Source of the DNA: an uncultured Microthrixaceae bacterium
Lineage (GTDB): Bacteria > Actinomycetota > Acidimicrobiia > Acidimicrobiales > DATDAH01
Direction: 5' to 3'
DNA: 64,000 nt
NCBI GenBank assembly: GCA_963725155.1
Contig: CAVRXU010000002.1
Span: forward strand, 492,506 to 556,505
Shown: positions 1 through 8,540 of the stretch, piece by piece
How positions within the stretch are numbered: position 1 is the first letter of the stretch
Layout of the letters: every line of letters begins with the position of its first letter
Translations under genes and position numbers: made by a program
The notes under the pieces: model-generated
Databases searched by the model: none
The model's input: only the letters and a program-made list of their open reading frames with translations
Told to the model about the DNA's origin: nothing

Positions 1-648
1 GCCCGATTCGGTGAGGTCGGCCTCGGGGGTGAGCAGCACCAGCGCCTTCGGGAGGGGGAGGCCCTCGTCGCGGGCCCGCAGCATCAGGGCGGCGGCGAGG
101 TTGCCGCCGGCCGAGCCCCCGCCGACCACGATGCGCTCGGGCGGGTGGACGTCGAGGAGGTGGCGGTAGACGGCGAGGCAGTCGTCGAGGGCCGCGGGAT
201 ACGGATGGTCGGGCGGCATGCGGTAGTCCACCGACCACGTCGTCATCTGCACCATCGCCGCGGACTTCCCGGCCATCACCCGGCACGCCTCGCCGCCGCC
301 CATGATCAGCCCGCCACCGTGGATGTCGAAGTAGACGGGCTGGTCGGGATCGCCGGTCACCCCGTCCGGTGTCAGGACGAACACGGGAACCGCCCCGACC
401 GAGATCTCCTCGACGGTGGACTCCGGCACAGGCGGCTGCGACCCGAGCACGGCGATGAGCATCTCGTCGGCGGTCGTGATCATGGCCCGCCAAGCTTCGG
501 TGTCGGCCCGGTCGGGTTCCTGCCCGCCGGCTTCCCCGAAGAGGTCGCCCATGCCGAGGAAGGCCTGCGCCTCCGCGCTCACCGACGTGGGGACGGGGAC
601 GAACCGGGTCACCTCGAAGCCGGCGGAGCCCCTGTCGTCTTCGGTCAT
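1..648 (-). CDS. alpha/beta hydrolase fold-3 (HSL-family esterase/lipase), C-terminus cut by window edge
   Basis: Not in the ORF track because there is no stop in the window. Minus-strand ATG at 648-646. Translation MTEDDRGSAGFEV...VYFDIHGGGLIMGG (oxyanion HGGG) ...ERIVVGGGSAGGNLAAALMLRARDEGLP (GxSxG elbow). Paralogous to 57432-58412. Confidence 0.8.
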   Translation of the reverse strand, partial: MTEDDRGSAGFEVTRFVPVPTSVSAEAQAFLGMGDLFGEAGGQEPDRADTEAWRAMITTADEMLIAVLGSQPPVPESTVEEISVGAVPVFVLTPDGVTGDPDQPVYFDIHGGGLIMGGGEACRVMAGKSAAMVQMTTWSVDYRMPPDHPYPAALDDCLAVYRHLLDVHPPERIVVGGGSAGGNLAAALMLRARDEGLPLPKALVLLTPEADLTESG

Positions 649-831
649 GGTGCGTCTCCGTTGCTCAGTCAGTCAGTCGGTCCGAGCGAGTACTCGCCGG
701 TCTGGGGATGGTGGTACCAGCCGCTGGCGGCGTGGGTGCCGCCGTCGACTCTAAACCGATCGCCGCCTCACCTTTACAGAATGTCCGAAAAGTGTTGTCT
801 GCGGCCTGCTCTGGCGCCTTGCGGAGAGGGA

Positions 832-2451
832 CTAGGGGATGATCGTCGGCTGGACGACGAGGGCGTCGGTTCGCAGGCCGGCGGCGAACGACCGGTCGCC
901 TGCAGGGTCGCCACCGACCAGCACGGCGTCCTCGTTGACGAAGTAGCTGCGTCCCCGTCTGAGCACGATGTCCGCCGCTCCGTCCCCGGTCACGTCGCCG
1001 AGGTGGAGCTGGTCGGTGCTCCGGCCCCATGAGAAGCGGCGCTCGGTGTTGGGGTCACCGCCGGCGACGACGGAGTCCGTGCTGATCGAGATCGCCGTGC
1101 CGTGGCGCAGGACGAAGTCGTCTCGCTGGTCACCGTCGACGTCGCCGAGGTGAAGCCGGTCCGCGCTCCGGCCCCAGGTGAACTGCCGGTCGCTGCCCGG
1201 CTCGCCCCCCTCGAGGAGGACGTCGTGGTCGACGAAGTAGTCGGCGCCCCGTTTGAGCACGAAGTCGGCGTATCCGTCCCCCGTCACGTCGCCCAGGTGG
1301 AGCCGGTCGGCGCTCTGGCCGTACGAGAACCGGTACTCGGTGTTGGGGTCGCCGCCGGCGACCACGGAGTCGGTGCTGATCGAGATGGACGTGCCGTAGC
1401 GGAGGACGAAGTCGTCGCGGCCGTCGCCGTCGACGTCGTCGAGGTAGAGCCGGTCGGTGCGGCGTCCCCAGGTGAAGTGGCGATCGATGGTCGCATCCCC
1501 GCCGGCGCGAAAGAGGTCGTGGTTGACGAAGTAGTCCGCGCCCCGCCGGAAGACGAAGTCGGCCCGGCCGTCCCCCGTGACGTCGCCCAGGTGGAGTTGG
1601 TCGGTGTTGTGCCCCCAGGTGAACCGGCGCTCGGCGTCCGGGCCTCCGCCCGGAATGGTCGAGTCGGTGCTGATCGAGATGGTCGTGCCCCGGCGCAGGA
1701 CCCAGTCGTCCCGCCCGTCGCCGTTGACGTCGGCCAGTACCCCCTGGTCGGGGACGGCGAACGGCCGCGTCGTGGACCGCAGACAGCACCGTGCTTCGCC
1801 CGGGTTGGTCACCACAGTCGCTCCGTCACCATCTTGGGTCCAGTGCCCGTAGTAGTCGCGACCGGCGGAGTGGACGGTGTAGCCGCCCATCGACACGCCC
1901 TCGGCGGTGACCGCTCGGCCGTGGTGCTCGACGTAGAAGTGCACGTGCGGGAACGTCGAACGGCCCCCGCACGGGACGGCCTCACCGGCGTCTCCGAGCC
2001 GGGTCCCGGCCAACACCCGGTGCCCGACCAGGCTCCAGTTCACATTGATCACGTGGTAGTAGTGCGACACCCACCCGTTCCCGTGGTCCACCCGCGGGTA
2101 CGAACCGCCCGAGCACGTGACCCGCTGCACCGTCCCGGCCGCCGCGGCCACCACGTCGTCGTTGCCTCCGATGCGGCGAGGGCCGAAGTCCAGGGCCGAG
2201 TGTCCGTTCTCATGGGGTGAACCCGCCTGCCACAGCACGTCCCATCGGAATGGCAGCTGGAAGATCGGGCGGGCGCCGGCCTCCGTAGCCGACTCAGGAT
2301 CTGGGCGACCGCTCACCACGCCCGTCTCGGTGGGGCCGTCGTCGACGACGGTCGGCGGCACGGGCGCGATCAGCGACTCCTGGGCCGTCGCCGGCGGAGA
2401 CCAGAGCGCGCTCGCCAGGAGGCCGGCGAGCACCAGGATCCGCCTCCTCAT
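832..2451 (-). CDS. secreted M23 metallopeptidase fused to about 7 FG-GAP/VCBS-like repeats
   Basis: Signal peptide MRRRILVLAGLLASALWSPPATAQE. M23-type His motifs (HSALDF, GWVSHYYH, PHVHFYVEHHG). Then tandem repeats of GDV(T/D/N)GDGR(A/D)DFV(F/L)R(R/H/Y)G...FTWG. Confidence 0.85.
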   Translation of the reverse strand: MRRRILVLAGLLASALWSPPATAQESLIAPVPPTVVDDGPTETGVVSGRPDPESATEAGARPIFQLPFRWDVLWQAGSPHENGHSALDFGPRRIGGNDDVVAAAAGTVQRVTCSGGSYPRVDHGNGWVSHYYHVINVNWSLVGHRVLAGTRLGDAGEAVPCGGRSTFPHVHFYVEHHGRAVTAEGVSMGGYTVHSAGRDYYGHWTQDGDGATVVTNPGEARCCLRSTTRPFAVPDQGVLADVNGDGRDDWVLRRGTTISISTDSTIPGGGPDAERRFTWGHNTDQLHLGDVTGDGRADFVFRRGADYFVNHDLFRAGGDATIDRHFTWGRRTDRLYLDDVDGDGRDDFVLRYGTSISISTDSVVAGGDPNTEYRFSYGQSADRLHLGDVTGDGYADFVLKRGADYFVDHDVLLEGGEPGSDRQFTWGRSADRLHLGDVDGDQRDDFVLRHGTAISISTDSVVAGGDPNTERRFSWGRSTDQLHLGDVTGDGAADIVLRRGRSYFVNEDAVLVGGDPAGDRSFAAGLRTDALVVQPTIIP

Positions 2452-2546
2452 CCTTCCATGCGACCTTCTGTGTTGGGAGGTCCGCGACCGTCCGCGTCAC
2501 GTTAGACCCCGGGCGCGAGCGGCATGATGGGCCATGCGCGACCTTT

Positions 2547-5500
2547 GTGGAGGGGGGAAGGCGTGACGGGGGCAGATCGGTGACGCATCGGAGAACCGGC
2601 GGCGAGCGAACGGGCACGACGACCGGGCGCCCCCCACCCAGTGGCACGGTGACCTTCCTGTTCACCGACATCGAGGGGAGCAGCGACGTGGCCCAGCGCC
2701 ATCCCGACGCGTTTCCGGCCCTCCTCGAGCGCCACCACGCCATCCTCAGGCAGGCGGTCGAGGGCCACGACGGCTTCGTCTTCCAGATCGTTGGCGACGC
2801 CTTCTGCGTCGCCTTCCACACGGCGGGTGATGGACTCGGTGCCGCGCTCGATGCGCAGCGGCTGCTGCTCGCAGAACAGTGGGCTCCGGCCAGGATCAGG
2901 GTGCGGATGGGGCTCAACACGGGAACCGCTCGAGCTGAGACCGAGGGCGATCGTGCCGGGGGGTACACCGGCTACTCGACGTTGGCCCGTGTGCAACGGG
3001 TGATGTCCGCCGGCCACGGCGGTCAGGTCGTGATGTCGGACAGCACGGCGATCCAGGTGCGGGGCGACCTGCCCGACGGTGTGACCCTGCGAGACCTCGG
3101 TCGGCACCAGCTCAAGGGCCTGCTCGAACCGGAGCACCTCTGGCAGCTCGTCGTCCCCGATCTCCCCGACTCGTTCCCGCCGCTGATGACCCTGAGTACC
3201 GTGCCCAGCAACCTCCCCGTCGCCCTCAACACCTTCGTGGGAAGGAGTCGAGAGCTCCAGCAGATCGAGGACCTCCTCGGCGAGGCGCGCCTGGTCACCT
3301 TGTTGGGACCGGGAGGGACGGGCAAGACAAGGTTGGCGCTCGAGGTCGCCAGCCGCCTCCGCGACCGCTACGAGGACCGGGTCTACCTCGTCGACCTCTC
3401 GGCGAGTCGTGACCTCGACGCTGTCCTCTCCCTCACGGCCCAGGCGGTCGGTCTGCGTGAGGAGCGCCCGGATCGGACGCTGTTCGACGACCTGAAGGAA
3501 CAGATCGGTGATCAGCGCACGCTGCTCGTCCTCGACAACTTCGAGCAGGTGCTCGACGCCGCACCCGTGGTGAACCAGCTGCTCGAGGACTGCGCCCGCC
3601 TGACGCTGCTGGTCACCACTCGGGAAGCGCTGCGATTGAGGGGGGAACAGGTCTTCCCCGTGCCACCGTTGGCGCTGCCCCGGACCGACGACGAGACCGT
3701 GTTCGAGAGCATTGCGCGAACCGACGCGGTGCAGTTGTTCGTCGAGCGGGCCCGAGCCGTCCAGCCCGATTTCCGACTGACCGAGGAGAACGCACGGACG
3801 GTCGCGGAGCTCTGCCTTGGTCTGGACGGCCTGCCGCTCGCCATCGAGCTGGCCACCGCCCGGCTGGGGCTCCTCTCGCCGGAGGCGCTCGTCGAGCGGC
3901 TCGGGAGCCGCTTGGATCTGCTGAAGGGTGGACCCCGCGACGCGCCGGCGCGCCAGCGGACCCTGCGGGACACCATCGGTTGGAGCTACGCCATGCTCGA
4001 TCAGGGTGAGCAGTGGCTGTTCGGCCTCTTCTCGGTGTTCTCGGGGGCCAGCGTCGAAGCGGTCGAGGAGGTGGCCGGACGCGTCGACGGCGGTCCGGAG
4101 GTCGACGTGCTCGAGGCAATCAGCTCGCTCGTCGCCAAGAGCCTGATCCGGCGGGTGGACGGCGGTGCCGACCCGTCCCGGTTGCGCATGCTGGAGACGA
4201 TCAGGGAGTTCGCCGCGGCGCGACTCGAGGAGGACCCCACCGTGGCCCGGTCCGCTCGCCGCGCCCACGCCTCCTGGTTCGCCGAGTGGACCAACGCGAG
4301 ATGGGCCGAGCTCACCGGCTCGGTCAGGGACACCGCGGCGGACCGGATGATGGCCGACATCGACAACGTCCGTACGGCCTGGCGCCACTGGGTCGACGAG
4401 AAGGACGTCGAGCAGCTCGGGAGGCTCACGGACAGCCTGTGGCTCCTGTACGAGGAGAAGGGCTGGTACCACGCGACGGTTTCACTGACGACCGACCTCT
4501 TGGACGTGTTGGGCTCCACCCCGTCCACGCCCGACCGTCTCGTCGAGGAGATCACGCTCCAGACGAGCCTGGCCCGGGTTCTAATGGTGGTCAGAGGCGT
4601 CACCCAGGAGGTCGAGGACGCGTTCACCCGGGCCCTCGAGCTCTGCGAGGGGCGCGGTGAGGTGCCCGAGCTGCTCCCCGTCCTCCGGGGGCTCTCGACC
4701 TTCTACATCTACCGGGCCGAGTTCGCGAACTCCGCCAAGATGGCCGAGCGGATCCTCGGGCTGGCCGAGCGCCATGACGACGCCGACGCTCGGGTCGAGG
4801 GACATCTGGTGCTGGGGGTCAGCCTCGCCTTCCTCGGTCGGCTCCGGTCGGGGATGGAGAACCTGGAGAAGGGCATCGCCGCGTTCGACCGCGAGAAGCA
4901 CGCTTCACGGCCGTTCCAGCTCGGCAACAACTCCGGGGTGGTCTGCTTCACCACTTCGGCGATGGTGCTCTGGATGCTCGGTTACCCCGACCGGGCCCGC
5001 GACCGGGGCCACGAGGCGATCGCGCTCGCTGAGGAGCTCGATCATCCGTCGAGCATCGCGTACGCGAACTTCCACACCGGCCTGGTCCACCTGTGGCGGC
5101 GTGAGCCCGATGAGGTCGAGGCCTGCACCCGGGCCGTGATCGACGTGGCCGAGGAATACGACTTTCAGCTCTGGCGGGTGGTGAGCTCGTGCCTCCGCGG
5201 TGCCGCGCTCGTCGAGAACGGGGCGGCGGACGTGGGACTCGCCCTCGTGCAAGCCGCCGTCATCACCTACCAGAGACTCCAGACCCCTCCCGTCTTCTGG
5301 CCCCTCCTGCTGCACATCTACGCCGGAGCCTGCGGAGCGGCCGGCCGTCCCGAGGAGGGCATGGCGCTGGCGGACGAGGCCATCGCGGTCGCGGAGACGA
5401 GTGAGGGTCAGACGCTCGCGTCGGAGTTGCTCCACCGGAGAGGGGATCTGCTCCTCGCTGCTGCTCCCGAGCGCGAGGCGGAGGCCGAGGCCTGGTTGCA

Positions 5501-5705
5501 GCGGGCGGTGGACGAGGCGGCCGCCGTGGAGGCGCCGATGCTCCAACTGCGGGCTGCGCTCCGCCTGGGCCAGCTGTGGCGCAGGCAGGGAAGGGCGGCG
5601 GATGCCCGACGGCTGGTGGGGGAGGCGTACGACCGGATGAGCGAGGGCTTCGCCACCGCCGACCTGCGGGAGGCCAAGGCCCTCCTGGACGATCTCGCCG
5701 ACTAG
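2547..5705 (+). CDS. class III adenylate/guanylate cyclase - AAA/STAND ATPase - TPR multidomain protein (no C-terminal LuxR HTH seen)
   Basis: GTVTFLFTDIEGSS and FQIVGDAF cyclase motifs. Walker A GPGGTGKTRLA, then LLVLDNFEQV. Long helical repeat C-terminus. Start uncertain (GTG 2547 or in-frame GTG 2580 downstream of GGAGGGGGGAAGG). Confidence 0.85.
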   Translation: MEGGRRDGGRSVTHRRTGGERTGTTTGRPPPSGTVTFLFTDIEGSSDVAQRHPDAFPALLERHHAILRQAVEGHDGFVFQIVGDAFCVAFHTAGDGLGAALDAQRLLLAEQWAPARIRVRMGLNTGTARAETEGDRAGGYTGYSTLARVQRVMSAGHGGQVVMSDSTAIQVRGDLPDGVTLRDLGRHQLKGLLEPEHLWQLVVPDLPDSFPPLMTLSTVPSNLPVALNTFVGRSRELQQIEDLLGEARLVTLLGPGGTGKTRLALEVASRLRDRYEDRVYLVDLSASRDLDAVLSLTAQAVGLREERPDRTLFDDLKEQIGDQRTLLVLDNFEQVLDAAPVVNQLLEDCARLTLLVTTREALRLRGEQVFPVPPLALPRTDDETVFESIARTDAVQLFVERARAVQPDFRLTEENARTVAELCLGLDGLPLAIELATARLGLLSPEALVERLGSRLDLLKGGPRDAPARQRTLRDTIGWSYAMLDQGEQWLFGLFSVFSGASVEAVEEVAGRVDGGPEVDVLEAISSLVAKSLIRRVDGGADPSRLRMLETIREFAAARLEEDPTVARSARRAHASWFAEWTNARWAELTGSVRDTAADRMMADIDNVRTAWRHWVDEKDVEQLGRLTDSLWLLYEEKGWYHATVSLTTDLLDVLGSTPSTPDRLVEEITLQTSLARVLMVVRGVTQEVEDAFTRALELCEGRGEVPELLPVLRGLSTFYIYRAEFANSAKMAERILGLAERHDDADARVEGHLVLGVSLAFLGRLRSGMENLEKGIAAFDREKHASRPFQLGNNSGVVCFTTSAMVLWMLGYPDRARDRGHEAIALAEELDHPSSIAYANFHTGLVHLWRREPDEVEACTRAVIDVAEEYDFQLWRVVSSCLRGAALVENGAADVGLALVQAAVITYQRLQTPPVFWPLLLHIYAGACGAAGRPEEGMALADEAIAVAETSEGQTLASELLHRRGDLLLAAAPEREAEAEAWLQRAVDEAAAVEAPMLQLRAALRLGQLWRRQGRAADARRLVGEAYDRMSEGFATADLREAKALLDDLAD

Positions 5706-5766
5706 ACCTCGGGCTCCGACGTCATGCCGCACCCAGGGCTGCGGAGGGGATGTCGTACGCCGCCCG

Positions 5767-6528
5767 TCAGCGGCGCGGTTCCCAACGGAAGCGGCGAAGG
5801 GAGACGGCGACACCAACGACACCCCAGACGAGCATCACACCGAGGTGCGCGGGGCTGATGCCTGAACCGGTCACGAACGGGTCGAAGGCGTCCACGATGG
5901 ATCGGGTCAGGTGCCGAACAGGGAAGAAGCCCGCAATCCGGCCGGGCACCGAGTCGGCGGCAACCGGTCCGAAGGTGCCCGAGATGAACAGCAACGGGAA
6001 CAGCGCGAAGTTGATGATCGCCGGGGCCGCGTCCTCGTTGGGCACGAGGGTCGACATCGCCACCCCGAGCGAGCTGAAGCAGAACGCGCCTACGGCGATC
6101 GAGAGGACAAGGGCGGCGTAACGGCCCGGGAACGAGACCCCGTAGACGACGATGCCGAGCGCGATGACCAGGGCGGTGAGGATGGCCGCGACGACCATCA
6201 CGCCGCCGAGGATCCCGAGGAGGTACTCGAGCGGCGGCAGGGGTGTGCCTCGGACGCGCTTGAGGAGCCCGTTCTCACGCCGGATCGAGATGGTGAACGC
6301 CAGGTTGGTGTAGCAGGCTGAGATGACACCGAAAGCCACGATCGACGGCACGTAGTACTGGGCGAACCTCACCTCCCCGCCGCGAACACCGACAGTGTCG
6401 TTGCCATTGATGGCGATGAAGACCACCAGGAACATGAGCGGGAAGGCGAAGGTGAATGAGGCCGCCGCGGGATTGCGCCAGAACGACTTCTGTTCCCATC
6501 CGACCTGGCTCAGCACGCTCGAAGTCAT
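5767..6528 (-). CDS. ABC-2 type exporter permease
   Basis: 253 aa with about 6 hydrophobic segments. ATGA start/stop overlap with the upstream ATPase gene at 6525-6528. Confidence 0.8.
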   Translation of the reverse strand: MTSSVLSQVGWEQKSFWRNPAAASFTFAFPLMFLVVFIAINGNDTVGVRGGEVRFAQYYVPSIVAFGVISACYTNLAFTISIRRENGLLKRVRGTPLPPLEYLLGILGGVMVVAAILTALVIALGIVVYGVSFPGRYAALVLSIAVGAFCFSSLGVAMSTLVPNEDAAPAIINFALFPLLFISGTFGPVAADSVPGRIAGFFPVRHLTRSIVDAFDPFVTGSGISPAHLGVMLVWGVVGVAVSLRRFRWEPRR

Positions 6529-7478
6529 CGACGACCTCTCGTGCGGGTCGCCTGCGGGGCGGGGGCGGGTATCGGCTCTCCCTCGGCGCTCGCCGCGGTC
6601 AGCGCCAGGTAGACGTCCTCCAACGACGGTCGGGTCACGGTGAGTTGCTCGAGCTCACCGCAGTGGTCGACGGCCCAGGCGCTGAGGCGGGCCAGCACCG
6701 CGGTGGGCTCGGCGGTCGTGACCAGGGCCACGCCGTCGTCGACCGAAGCGACCGTCACCGGTAGGTCGGCGACGGCGACCGATGAGGGTACGAGGAAACG
6801 GATCTCGGTATCGGCGTTGTCGCGACCGCCCAATGACTCCGGAGTCCCGTCGGCCACGATCTCCCCGGCAGCGATCACGACCACTCGGTCGGCGAGGGCC
6901 TGGGCCTCGTCCATGTAGTGCGTCGTCAAGAGCACCGACTTGCCCAACCCACTGAGGTTGCGCACGACCTCCCATGCCTGACGGCGGGCGGTCGGGTCGA
7001 AGCCGGTCGTGGGCTCATCGAGGAACAGCAGCTCGGGATCGCCCACCAGGCCCAACGCGACATCGAGCCGCCGTTGCTGTCCACCCGACAGGGTCTTGAC
7101 CCGGGCATCGACCTTGTCCTCCAGCCCCACGAGGGCGGTCACCTCATCCAAGGGCCGTGGCGCCGCGTAGTACCCGGCGTGCATCCGCAGGACTTCGGCC
7201 ACCGTCAGATACGGCTCCACGCCCGCCTCCTGCAACACGATGCCGATGCGTTGCCTGAGCTCCGTACCGCCGTCCGCGGGGTCGGTCCCCAGGACCGAAA
7301 CCTCACCTCCGTCGCGGGGGAGGTAGCCCTCCAGGATCTCGATGGTCGTGGTCTTGCCGGCGCCGTTGGGCCCGAGCACGGCCAGCACCTCGCCCTCCTC
7401 GAGCGAGAGGCTGATGCCGCGCACGGCGTCGACCGAGCCGAACGCCTTCGTCAGCCCGTGGACTGTGATCACCGACAT
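6525..7478 (-). CDS. ABC transporter ATP-binding protein (DrrA-like)
   Basis: Start trimmed to MSVITVHGLTKAFG (ATG 7478, GGAGG upstream). Walker A GPNGAGKTT, signature LSGGQQRR, Walker B LLFLDEPT. Confidence 0.9.
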   Translation of the reverse strand: MSVITVHGLTKAFGSVDAVRGISLSLEEGEVLAVLGPNGAGKTTTIEILEGYLPRDGGEVSVLGTDPADGGTELRQRIGIVLQEAGVEPYLTVAEVLRMHAGYYAAPRPLDEVTALVGLEDKVDARVKTLSGGQQRRLDVALGLVGDPELLFLDEPTTGFDPTARRQAWEVVRNLSGLGKSVLLTTHYMDEAQALADRVVVIAAGEIVADGTPESLGGRDNADTEIRFLVPSSVAVADLPVTVASVDDGVALVTTAEPTAVLARLSAWAVDHCGELEQLTVTRPSLEDVYLALTAASAEGEPIPAPAPQATRTRGRR

Positions 7479-7780
7479 CGCGTTGACCTCCCCGGTTGCA
7501 GGATCGTGCGTAGAGCAGTCATCGACGGCCTCCGTCCACGTTCCCGAATCGGACAGTTCACGTTCCGAGCCCTGTCCGCAACCCCAGGCCCAGGTGGCTC
7601 TCAACGGCTCGACGAGGGCCGAAGGTCGATGCCTGAAGTCCGGCCTCCGCAACCGTACCGTTCGCCACTCCCGCCCCGGCAGCTGGCTCCGAGGTCAGTC
7701 GGGCGTGGATCGCGGGGTCTGAGATCGGGATCGACTGGTTGCCTCGGCACAGGACGGCTGGCCTGGCATCGCCCCGGGGC

Positions 7781-8443
7781 TCAGGTGACCCGAATGGCCC
7801 TCGCCGGTGACCAGTCGGAGGACGCATCGCCCGCCTGTTGGCGGACGCGAGCACGGATCATCCACGGCCCCCGCACCGCGGGCCAGAACCTCGCCGAGGC
7901 CGCCGTGACCCCGGTGCGCCAATCGACGAACCCCTCGGTGCCGGGGCGGCGGCGTTGGACGTCGAACACCAAGCCCGTCGGCGCCCGGGCCGCCGCCCAT
8001 CGCACGGTGACCGGCGAGCCCGCCGCGCTCTGGGTGCGGCTGGCCCTCACCGGCACGCGGATGCGCCCGGCCATCTCGGGGTGGAAGGTGCAGTAGTACC
8101 GGTAGCCACCGGCGCCCGGCAGGGGTCCGACGGTCACCGTGTCCGGTGACGAGATGAAGCCAGTGTTGAAGAGGTCGAGGCCCGACCCGTCCCAGGCGTC
8201 GTGCACCACCTGGCCGAAGTTCGTGAACTCCAGGCTCTGGCCCTGGGTCACGAGCGTGACCGCCGGGGCGTACCGGTTGTCGAACATGGTGATGTCACCG
8301 GCCGGGTTCCCCGCACCCGCCGGCGCCGAGCCCACGAGGGCGCCACCGGCGAGCACGGTGCCGGCAGCCAGCAACCATCGACGGACCACCGACCGGCCTG
8401 GCCGTGCGCCCGCGGCCCGCGGCCCTTGGTCCTGACGAGACAT
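7781..8443 (-). CDS. secreted cupredoxin (amicyanin/plastocyanin-like blue copper protein) with extra C-terminal beta domain
   Basis: Start MSRQDQ at 8443 behind GAAGGAG. Twin-Arg-like signal (RSVVRRWLLAAGTVLAGGALVG). Copper ligand loop YYCTFHPEMAG (C-x2-H-x2-M as in amicyanin). Confidence 0.75.
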   Translation of the reverse strand: MSRQDQGPRAAGARPGRSVVRRWLLAAGTVLAGGALVGSAPAGAGNPAGDITMFDNRYAPAVTLVTQGQSLEFTNFGQVVHDAWDGSGLDLFNTGFISSPDTVTVGPLPGAGGYRYYCTFHPEMAGRIRVPVRASRTQSAAGSPVTVRWAAARAPTGLVFDVQRRRPGTEGFVDWRTGVTAASARFWPAVRGPWMIRARVRQQAGDASSDWSPARAIRVT

Positions 8444-8540
8444 CCCGCACTCCTTCAGGATCGACAACGGGCCGCTCTACCCATCGGCGCGAACCGGTGC
8501 CCTTCTGAAGTCACTCGCGGGCGGCCTGTGCCCCAGACGG

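Noticed and set aside
662-676. Short TCAG microsatellite (tcagtcagtcagtc) in the intergenic region
   Set aside because: Only about three units with no flanking structure. Too short to be meaningful.
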